Part shown: positions 13,558 to 23,731 of the stretch, piece by piece
How positions within the stretch are numbered: the stretch's first letter is position 1
Layout: every line of letters begins with the position of its first letter
NCBI RefSeq assembly: GCF_000008305.1
Contig: NC_006055.1
Location: forward strand, 480,001 to 512,000
Source of the DNA: Mesoplasma florum L1
Lineage (GTDB): Bacteria; Bacillota_I; Bacilli_A; Mycoplasmatales; Mycoplasmataceae
DNA length: 32,000 nt
Direction of reading: 5' to 3'
The notes under the pieces: model-generated
Seen by the model: the letters and a program-made list of their open reading frames with translations, nothing else
What the model was told of the DNA's origin: nothing
The model's database searches: none
Translations under genes and position numbers: made by a program

Positions 13558-15390
13558 TTAATGTTCAATTTTTCCTGCTTCATATAAGTTTTTAAAATGA
13601 CCTTCTTTTTTAGTTAATTCATTAAATGTACCTTCTTGTACAATACCAGCACCATTAGCACCAAGTACTATAATATGATCTACATTTTTAATAGTTGAAA
13701 GTTTATGAGCGATAGTAACACTTGTTCTACCTTTCATTAATTGATTCAATTTATTTTGAATTTCTTTTTCAACAATATTATCTAAAGCAGAAGTAGCCTC
13801 ATCTAAAATTAATAGCTCAGGATTTTTTAAAATCATTCTAGCAATAACTAATCTTTGTTTTTGTCCACCAGATAACATAAATCCACGTTCACCTAGAACA
13901 GTTTGATAACCTTCAGGTCAACTCATAACTAATGCATGTAACTCAGCTTTTTTACAAGCTTCAATCGCATCATCATCAGTTGCATCAAATTTACCATATT
14001 TAATGTTTTCTAAAACAGTTCCAAAAAGAATTTGTGGTTCTTGTTCTACATAACCAACATGGTCTAAATAATGTGATAAATTTAAATCTTTTAAATCATC
14101 TTTATTATTAATTAATATTTGTCCTTCAGTAGGATCATAAAATCTTAATAATAATTTAGCAACTGTTGACTTACCAGAACCAGTTTCACCAACAAAGGCA
14201 TATGACTTACCATATTGTAAAGTAAAGTTAAAATTAGGTAAGATTAAGTTTTCAGGTTTTTCTGGATATCTAAACTTAACATCTTTGAAAACAATATCAC
14301 CTTTTAAATCTTTGATTTCTTTTCCTTCATGATAATGAAAATCTAAAATTGATTCAGCATTTAAAGTTTTTAGAATTCTTGAAGAAGAAACTCCTGCCAT
14401 AGCAGCACCACCAGATATTACAAATAAAGTAATAATTGGACCAGTCAACATCCCTTGTGCCATAACAAAGGCTGGGAATACTTGGAAGAAAGCTTGCATT
14501 CTAGCAGTATCTGAATCTCCACCAAAGAAAACTGCAGCAAATACAGGAGCTGTAAATAATAATAAGAAGTCTCCTGCGAAAACAATAACTGAGAATAAAC
14601 TTAATCATTTACCAATTGGTTTACCTTGATCAAAATAATCAACATGTTTGTCTTTAAAGTATTGTGTTTCATAATCTTCTGTTCCTGAAGATTTAATTAA
14701 TCTAATTGAAATAACTCGATCAATTACATTACCATTAGTTTTTTCTAAAGTTAATCTAACCTTTTCTCATTTTTTAACTAATGCAATATAACAACCAAAA
14801 AATGCAATTAAAATTAATACAAAAATTACAAATCCAACTAAAGCAATTCTTCATTCTAAAATAAAAGTTAAAGATAATCCTATAAGTGATTGAATAACTG
14901 CACTAGCAACATTCATTGGAATATCAACAGCTTGATTTCCTACTACTTGAGCATCAGAAATAACATTAGTTAACAATTCTCCAATTTTCTTATCTGAATA
15001 ATAAGAAATATCTTGTCTAATTAATTTTTCTAAAATTTCATTTCTTAAATGAGTTTCAATTTGTTTTGCAAAAGTATTTGATCATCAATTAAATAAAAAT
15101 GAGTTAAATAAGTTAAATAATAATAAAGCTACTGAGATAATAATTAATTCTGTTGTCTCTAAACCTCAAAATCTAATTAATCAAAAACCACTTGAAGCAG
15201 CTTTTTCTGCATCAGTTAAACTTAAAGCTAAGTTTATTTGGTTTGTTAGCAATGGTGCTAAGAACAACATAGAAGCTCAAAATATAAAGTTAGGAATTAC
15301 TCATCAGTTTTTCTTAAAGTCTTGTTTATAATATTTAAAAAATAAATATAAAAATGCTCGACTGTTAGAAATTTCTTTTTTCTTTTTCAT
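13558..15390 (-). CDS. ABC transporter, fused permease/ATPase (MsbA/LmrA-type exporter half), copy A
   Basis: N-terminal TM domain then [78 protein letters not shown]; 611 codons under code 4. Confidence 0.93.
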
Positions 15391-15400
15391 AATTACCTCC

Positions 15401-17245
15401 TTAGTGATTTTGTTGTTGTTCTTCTAATAAACCTGCTTCATATAAGTTTTTAAAGTGTCCTTCAACTTTAACTAACTCTTTAAATGTTCCTTGTTGAACT
15501 ATTCCTTTAGCGTTTCCACCTAAAACAATAATGTGATCAACATTTTTAATTGTTGAAAGTCTATGAGCAATAGTGAAACTTGTTCTACCTTTCATCAATT
15601 CATTTAGTTTTGCTTGAATTTCTTTTTCTACAATATTATCTAAAGCTGATGTAGCTTCATCTAAAATTAATATTTGTGGATTTTTTAAAATCATTCTAGC
15701 AATAACTAGTCTTTGTTTTTGTCCACCAGATAACATAAATCCTCTTTCACCAAGAATTGTGTCATATCCTTCTGGTCATGAACTAATTAATTTATGTATT
15801 TCAGCTTTTTTACATGCTTCAATAACTTCTTCATTAGTTGCATCAAATCTTCCATATTTAACGTTTTCATAAACATCACCAAATAAGATTTGAGGTTCTT
15901 GTTCTACATAACCAACATGTCTTAAATAACTTGATAAGTTTAAGTCTTTTAAGTTTTGATCTTTATTAATAATGATTTCTCCATTACTTGGATCATAGAA
16001 TCTTAATAATAAACGAGCAATTGTTGACTTACCTGAACCAGTCTCACCAACAAACGCATATGACTTACCTTCTTCAAATGTAAAGTTGAATTTAGGCAAA
16101 ATTAATTTTTCTGGTTTTTCTGGATATCTAAATTCAATATCTTTAAATACAATGTCCCCTTTAATCTCATCAACTATAATTCCATCAGTATAATGTGGAT
16201 CTAGTCTTGATTCATCTTTTAATAAGTTTGATACTTTTACACTAGCAACTCCAGCTACAGCTAATGAGAATGTAATTCCCATTAAACTACTATATGTTGC
16301 AATTAAACTTGCTTGATTAATCATATAAGCTGGGAAAGTTACTGAGAAGAATGTAGCAGATGCTGCTGTATCTCCTTTAATTGAATAAATAATCCCTGCA
16401 ATTATTGGAATAGCAAATTGTAAGATCATTGAACCTGCATAAACTGTAGTCATTAAGAATGACAAGTTTAAAATAGCTGGTTTATGTGCTTTATAGTTAA
16501 TATCTTGTTGTTTTTCTAAATAAGCTTTTTCATAATCTTCTGTTCCAGTTGATTTAATTAATCTAATTGTTCCAACTCTATCAGTAACATTACCATTAAC
16601 TTCTTCATACACTTCTCTAACAACTGCATATTTTTTAACAGTTTGAATATAGAAAACAAAGTATAAAGCTAATAATAAGAAGTAAATAATTGATCCAAAG
16701 ATTGCAATTTTTCATGCAAGAATAAATGTCATGGTAAATGCAACAACAAATTGTGATAATGAAATTCCAATATTAGTAGGAATTCTAACCGCACCATCAC
16801 CTAAGTTTTGAGTATCAGCAACAACACTTGTTAAGATTTCTCCAATTTTTTTATCTGAGTAATATGAAATATCTTGTCTTACCAATTTTTCAAGAATTTT
16901 ATTTCTTAAATCAATTTCAATTTTTCTTCCTAAAATATATGAGAAATAGTTAAAAATAAAAGTTCCTATTGCATCAATTAAAATCATAACTACAGCAACA
17001 ATAATAATAGTTGTAGAACTTCATCCTCAAAAAAGAGCTTGTTCTGCATCATTTAAAACTACTTTATTTTCACTTTTAATAGCCAATGTAATTTGTTGTG
17101 TTAAAAGTGGTATTGAAGCTCTAGTTAAACAGAAAGATAATATTGTTAATGCTAGAATAATTGTTATTCATCAATATTTTAAATAATACTTAGAAATTAT
17201 TTTAAAGAATTCTGCATTTTGTGATGTTTTTTTATTTGTCTTCAT
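15401..17245 (-). CDS. ABC transporter, fused permease/ATPase (MsbA/LmrA-type exporter half), copy B
   Basis: [78 protein letters not shown]; N-terminal TM helices [30 protein letters not shown]; 615 codons under code 4. Confidence 0.93.
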
Positions 17246-17334
17246 AAAGTCCTTTCTTAAGTATTTTTACAATATATAAATAATATCATTTAGTTTTGAA
17301 ATTAGATAGATTAAAATATCATTTTTTTAAAAAA

Positions 17335-17360
17335 TAAATAAAAAATGCTTGCGCATTTTC
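17335..17360 (-). terminator. Stem-loop terminator downstream of the RpiR-family gene
   Basis: AAAATGC-TTGC-GCATTTT hairpin, with an A-rich tract on the plus strand (U-tract on the minus transcript). Confidence 0.65.
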
Positions 17361-17366
17361 TTTTGA

Positions 17367-18116
17367 TTAAAGTTTTATTATTACTTTTGTAAATAAATAA
17401 TTAAGAACTACAGATCTCATAGATAAATATATATCTTCTCTATTATGTTCATATATTAAAATTTCTGCTTTAAATTCTTGAAATTTATGACTTTGAGATG
17501 ATGAAGTTACAATTACAATATTTTTTGTTTTATTTTTAACTAAATTATAATAGTTTACTAAGTATTGATTATCTAATCCAAATGCAAAGAATATACATAA
17601 ATCGTCTTCTTTACAATAATCTATTCAAATAGGATTCATTTTTCTTTGTGAATTAAAGTTTGAATCAATACCTTTATATTGCAATTGACTTGCAAAGATT
17701 TCAACATTAAAGTTCTGTTCATAAGAACTAAATAAAAATGTTCTTCCACATTCTTTTAACAAACTTACCAACAAACTTATTTCATCTTCTTGGACATCAA
17801 TTTGTTTTATATTTTGAACAACTTGATTAAATAAGGTAGATGGCTTGGCAGAAAGTTTTTGCTTTTCAAAATCTTTGTAATATTCTCTTTCAACTTTTAT
17901 TCTAATAGCTATTTCTCTAAAACCGTTATAACCATATTTTTTAGAAAATGATGTTAACGCTGATTCAGAAATAAAACATACTTCAGAGCATTCTTTACTA
18001 GTTGGGGTTTTATTTTCTTCCAAACAATCAAGTAAATATTTAGCAATTAATTTATGTGTATTACTCTCGTTGTTATTATAAATAACAGTTAACTTTTCTT
18101 TTATACTTTGAAACAT
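17367..18116 (-). CDS. RpiR/MurR-family transcriptional regulator (HTH_6 + SIS-like)
   Basis: KLIAKYLLDCLEENKTPTSKECSEVCFISESALTSFSKKYGYNGFREIAIRIKVE is the typical RpiR HTH layout; weak SIS-like C-terminus; divergent from GH1/PTS genes. Confidence 0.8.
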
Positions 18117-18130
18117 ATTTTTTCTCCCAA

Positions 18131-18159
18131 AAGTACTTCTCATAAATTTAAGTACTTCT
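18131..18159. repeat. Two direct copies of AAGTACTTCT (each containing the palindrome AAGTACTT)
   Basis: Copies at 18131-18140 and 18150-18159, 19 nt start-to-start, in the divergent promoter between rpiR and the GH1/PTS pair. Confidence 0.8.
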
Positions 18160-18235
18160 TTATAAATATACTACATGTAAAATTAATAGCAAAATTTTTA
18201 TATAAAATAAGTGTAGAAAAAAGAGGATTATAAAA

Positions 18236-19594
18236 ATGTTAAAATTTCCTAAAAATTTTCACATCGGTGCTTCAATGAGTGCTATGCAAACAGAAGGAAA
18301 AGGAATTACTGAAATAGGTGATTTAACTTTTGATGCATATTTCAAAGAAAATCCGGAATTGTTTTACCATGGTGTTGGGCCAGATCTGACAAGTGATATT
18401 ACAAGACACTATAAAGATGATATTGAAAAATTTAAATACATCGGATTAGATTCAGTTAGAACAGGTTTTTCTTGAGCTAGATTATTTCCAGATGGTATTA
18501 ATCTAAACAAAGAAGCAGTAAAGTTCTATCATGACTATATCGATGAGTATTTAAAAAATGATATTGAAATTATTATGACTTTATTTCACTTTGACATGCC
18601 TTTATGAGCACATGAATTAGGTGGTTGAGAGAGCAGAGAAGTTATTGAAAAATTTATAAGTTATTGTGAATTTGTATTCAAGGAATATGGATCAAAAATA
18701 AATTATTTTGTTACCTTCAATGAACCACTTGTTCCTGTATTTGAAGGATATGTAGGTAAAATGCACTATCCCGCAAAGGATAGTCCCAAAGAAGCTGTAG
18801 CTCAAGCATATGGAATTTTCCTAGCTCATGCTAAAGCAGTAAAGTTATTTAAAGAATTAAAAATTGATTCAAAAATAGGAGTTGTTTATAACTGAAACTT
18901 TACATTCCCATTTTCAGATTCAGCAGAAGATAAAATTTCAGCTGAAATCTATGATGCTTATGTAAATAGAGGACCATTAAACATTATGTATAATGGAAAT
19001 ATTAACCCAATTATTATAAAAACCTTAGAAGAATATAACATAACTCCATTTCACACAAGCGAAGAAATTGAAATAATTAAACAAACTGAAATTGATTTTT
19101 TAGGAGTTAATTATTATTTCCCTTGTAGAGTTAAAACAAATGAAAATGTAAAAAATAGATGAGCTTTAGATCAAATGCATATTGAAATTCCTGCAGATGC
19201 AAAAATTAATCCTTTTAGAGGGTGAGAAATTTATCCTGAAGGGCTATATGATATATCTATAGCAATTAAAAAAGAGTTAAATAACATTCCATGATACATT
19301 GCTGAAAATGGTATGGGTGTTGAAAATGAAGATAGATTTAGAAATGAAAATGGACAAATAGATGATGATTACAGAATTGAGTTTTTAGAAACTCATATGT
19401 CTGAATTAAAAAGAGGTTTAGATGCTGGATCAAATTGTTTTGGTTACCACATTTGAGCTGCCATTGACTGCTGAAGCTTTAGAAATGCTTATAAAAATAG
19501 ATATGGTTTAATTGAAGTTGATTTAAAAGACCAATCTAGAAAGTTTAAAAAATCAGCTTACTGATATAAAGAACTAATAGAAAATAAGGAGTAA
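18236..19594 (+). CDS. Glycoside hydrolase family 1 (beta-glucosidase / 6-phospho-beta-glucosidase), copy 1
   Basis: MLKFPKNFHIGASMSAMQTEGKG; acid/base motif VTFNEP; nucleophile motif WYIAENGMG; 453 codons with TGA=Trp. Confidence 0.95.
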
Positions 19595-19597
19595 ACT

Positions 19598-21229
19598 ATG
19601 GCTACAAAAAGTCAAATATACAAAAATGTTGAAAAATTATTTTTAAGTCTTGGTGGACATGAAAATATTCAATATTTCACTCACTGTATGACTAGAATGC
19701 GTTTTCATTTGCATGATTGAGATAAAGCAAATGAAAATGAAATTAAAGATGGTGGTTATGCTGTTGGTGTTAACAAAAATAAAAGCAACGGTGAATTCCA
19801 AGTTATTATAGGTCCTGAAGTTGAAAGTTTTTACAATGCTTTTTGCGAAGTTAATGGATATGATGAAGATGGAAAAACATTAATTGTTAAAAATGATAAA
19901 CCAAATTTAACAGAGAAACAAAATAAAGAAATTGTTGATATGAAAAATAGATTTAGAGTTAAAGGTTCATTTAACAAAGCCCTTTCTTTTATCTCAAAAG
20001 TTTTTGCCCCAATAGTTATACCTCTTGTAGGTTATGGATTGATTTTGACAATCGCATCATTGATAACTGTTGAATGAAGTGGATCAGATAGTAGTTTAGC
20101 TGCTAATTCACATTTTTTTAAAGAGTTTTCTGGAATACTTTCAATTCTTGTTAATTCATTTTCATTGTTTGTTACAGTTGCTGTAGGTTATACAACAGCT
20201 AAAGCATTAAGATGTAATGGAATTTATGGAATTATAATTGCACTTGTTTTAACATCACCAGGATTAATAAATATGGGAGATGTTAAACCAGCTGATGGTC
20301 AAAGTATTTTAGGAGCTTATGACGGATGAACATTATTTGGAGATGGAGTTAAATATCCATGAAAAATAAACTTCAATGGATTAATTATTCCAATGATAGT
20401 TGTTGTTTCATTTGGTGCATTCTTAGAAATACAAACTAATAAAATTAAACAAAGTACATTAAAAATGATTATTCAACCAATTGCTATTATTGGTGGAGGT
20501 TTCTTATTTGGAGTATTCATAGTAGCACCTGTTGGGTTACTATTCACAAACTACTTATCAATTGGTATAAATTGATTAAGTACAAATAGTATTGCTAAAT
20601 ATATTGCTATACCTGTTGTTGGAGGATTATATGGCCCTTTAGTTATAACTGGTTTACACCACTCATTAACTCCAATTATTTTACAAGGTCAAGCAATTTA
20701 TGGAGCCACATTGATTCAAGGTTTCTGTACTATTTCAAACGTTTCACAAGGGGTTGCTTCAATTGCATTCGTTGTGTTACACAGAAGAGTTTCAAAAATG
20801 AAAGATATTGGAGTTTCAAACGGGGTTTCTGCCATTGTTGGAGGAATCACAGAACCATCATTATATACAATAAACTTAAAACATTTATTCCCACTAATCG
20901 GATGTTCAATAGGTACATTCTTTGGAACAATGATTATGGTTGCTTCTAATTCATATGCATTGCAAGGGGCTTCTTCAATTTTCGGAATACTTATGTTCTT
21001 ACAACAAGCACCTGAAAAAACTGGAGCTACAACTTGAATTGGTGGAGGATACTTATGAGGTACAATCTCAGTATTAACTTCATGTATAATAACTTTTGTT
21101 GCAACTTATTCTTTAGGTAAAACTAAATACTTCTGAAATAGATCAAGAGAAATCTTATTAAATGATTTCCATGAAGATATTAATGAATTAAAACTTTTAC
21201 CAAAAACTAAAAAAGCGAAAAGAGCTTAA
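19598..21229 (+). CDS. PTS beta-glucoside-type transporter, EIIBC
   Basis: IIB domain with FTHCMTRMRFHLHDWDKANENEI (phospho-Cys); IIC domain FGAFLEIQTNKIK, GPLVITGLHHSLTPI, GITEPSLYTINLKHLFPLIG; no IIA domain at the C-terminus; 544 codons. Confidence 0.95.
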
Positions 21230-21232
21230 TAT

Positions 21233-21261
21233 AAAAAATTCACATTATTTGTGAATTTTTT
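21233..21261. terminator. Bidirectional terminator between convergent PTS and DUF2130-like genes
   Basis: AAAAATTCACA-TTATT-TGTGAATTTTT, 11-bp perfect stem between two convergent stop codons. Confidence 0.85.
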
Positions 21262-21264
21262 ATA

Positions 21265-22704
21265 TTATAAATATTCTGCTTTCATTTCTCCAAGTATACT
21301 TGATAATCCTTTTTGTACTTTATTAAAGAATTGTTGATTAATAACATTAATTGATTTTTTTATTCTTGATGAGTTTCTTTCTAAACTATCAGCCACTTTA
21401 TCAAGATCTTCTAATTCTTTTTGCATTTTTTTATACGCTGTTGGGAATTGAATCGTTCAATATTCATTTAATTCAGCTTTTTGTTTTTCTAATTCTTTTA
21501 GTAATTCATTATCAGAAGCTTTAGTAACTGTTTTAATTTTTTGATTATATTCATTTTCAAATTCAACTAGTCTTCTTACGATTTGACCGACAAATACAAA
21601 ACTTTCTGAATCAGTTATTCAAATGTTTTCATATTCATCACTTCTCATAAAAGGTATTCCTGGGTATTTATCATTAAAACTTGTTGCAATTAAAATTCCA
21701 TATTTAGTGTTATTACTTGCAGCGTCAGTTGATAATTTAGGAATTCAAGTATTACTTCATTCCGCATTCTTAACTTCATAAACAATTTTTCCAATTTCTT
21801 CACGTTTATGATTTTTAATAGTTTGTAAGTAATCTGCTTTCTTTTCACCAGTTGTTATTTTTTCAATACCATCAAACAATGAAAACGCTTTAACTAAATC
21901 TTCATACACTTCATGTTCAAAGTTTTCACCTTTTCGTTTTGAATTAATAATTTTAAATTCACGGTTAGCTTGCACTAAATCAGCTATTCTTTTATCATAA
22001 TCATTTATTAAAGTTAATTCTTTAGTTTTTGATTCAGCTTCTTTTTGAATAGCAAAGTTTTCTAATTCAATTTTTTTATTATTTAACTCTAGTTTTAAAT
22101 TATTTATTTCTTGACTAAATTGATTAATTAAAACTTCTTTATTTTTTTCAATCTCAAGATTTAGTTTTTGATCCAAAGCTTTAATTTCAACTTCTTTATT
22201 TGCAAGTTTAATCTCTAATGAATTTTTAACATCATTAAACTCATTTAATAAATTACTTTTTGCTTCATTCAATTCTGCAATCTTTTGTTGATTTAATTGA
22301 TCAATCATATTTTGTTGTTTTTGAATGTTCAATTCATATGTTTTAATTTTTTCATTAAACTCATTAATAACAGCATTTCTTTCTTTATCTATTTCTAATG
22401 CCTTTTGTTCATTTAATTTATTAATTAAATTATCTTTTTCATTAATTGAAATATTTAAGCTTTCTAATTGTTTATTAAAGTTATTTAGCATTTCTTGTTT
22501 AACTAAACTAATTTCAGCAATCTGTTTATCATTCATTTGTGCTATTAATTCATTTTTAAGTTGCACTCGAATTTCATTCTCTTGCTTTTGTTTTAATTCA
22601 CTTAAATAGTTTTCAATAACTGTTCAGTTTGAATTATGATTCTTAAAAGAATCTTTTGTGATTTCTTCGCCACATTTGGGGCAACGAAAAAGTATATCGC
22701 TCAT
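21265..22704 (-). CDS. DUF2130-like protein: CxxC motif, long coiled coil, C-terminal putative PD-(D/E)XK-like domain
   Basis: N-terminus MSDILFRCPKCGEEITKDSFKNHNSNW; about 230 residues of heptad-like Glu/Lys/Leu/Asn; then RKGENFEHEVYEDLVKAFSLFDGIEKITTGEKKADYLQTIKNHKREEIGKIVYEVKNAEEWSNTWIPKL; 480 codons. Confidence 0.75.
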
Positions 22705-22895
22705 GGATATATCCTCCTTTATTTAATATTTCTTTGTTTTATTTTTAGAGTCTAGAATAAGCACAGACTGTCAACTTTGGCTCACTTTCTTTATCATTCT
22801 AAGGTATAAAACTTACCTACTTTTATATTACTATTTTAATTTTTAAAATAATGTTATTTTTATATTGTCATTATTTATTTTTTGGTTAAAATAGA

Positions 22896-22920
22896 AAAAA
22901 ATAAGCCTAAGCTTATTTTT
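22896..22920 (-). terminator. Terminator overlapping the stop codon of the TM-HU gene
   Basis: AAAAAATAAGC-CTAA-GCTTATTTTT; stem overlaps stop codon at 22913-22915. Confidence 0.75.
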
Positions 22921-23728
22921 GTTCCTCTTCAATTGTTATCGTTTCAATTGTTTTTTTATTATATTTAATTCCAGTTCATTTTGTATCTGACATAATTAAT
23001 TTTAAATTACGTGAAGGTTTAAATTTAATTATTGTTGTTGCGGGAACTTCTACAATTTCTCCATTTGATGGATTAATTGCTTGTTTTACCGGCTTTTCAA
23101 CTTTAATTAATTTTCCAAAGTTTTCAATTATAACTTCTTCTCCACTTATTAAATGATTTTCAACATTTTGAAATAAATTTTTAACAATTTCATCAATAGT
23201 TTTCTTTTTATAATCAGGATACATTTCTGTAAGTCTTTCAACTAAATATTTTTTTGATACCTTATCATAACTAGTTTTCTTAATTAATTTATCTTCTCTA
23301 ATAACTTTTTCTTTAATAATTAATAATGAACTTTTATTTTTTTGAACTATAGTTTCATTTGTTTTTATTGTTTGTTTTTTAAATCAAAACTGTAAAACAA
23401 GTATAGTTAACAAAATTATTAGGATAATCACATACATTCAATTTATAAATGCATCTAAAAATATAGGAGTTAAGAAAGTTGAATCAACATATAGTTTAGA
23501 TTGAAACATAGAATAAAAACCAATAGGACCTTGTAAAAAATGATTAGTATTTTCAAATCATTTAGATACAACTTGTGAGTTAAATCCAGATGAAATTACC
23601 TCACTTCATTCTTGATTTCCATTATAAACATTATTTAATAATTTAAAAATGATCAATAAAGTAGTAAAAAGAATAATCAATAGAAAAATAATTGATATTT
23701 TAAGATTATTTTTATTAATTAATTTCAT
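22913..23728 (-). CDS. Membrane-anchored HU/IHF-family DNA-binding protein
   Basis: Two hydrophobic helices (ISIIFLLIILFTTLLIIFKLL and WMYVIILIILLTILVLQFWF), then SKKYLVERLTEMYPDYKKKTIDEIVKNLFQNVENHLISGEEVIIENFGKLIKVEKPVKQAINPSNGEIVEVPATTIIKFKPSRNLKLIM, which matches the HU fold pattern (GF/FGxF, NPxxGE, P-A-x-x-x-x-FKPxxxLK); 272 codons. Confidence 0.88.
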
Positions 23729-23731
23729 ATC

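Noticed and set aside
22753-22818. Considered tRNA, SRP RNA, preQ1 or other known riboswitch for the GC-rich intergenic region
   Set aside because: No cloverleaf, no SRP core, and no recognised aptamer consensus; left as an unassigned candidate in findings.
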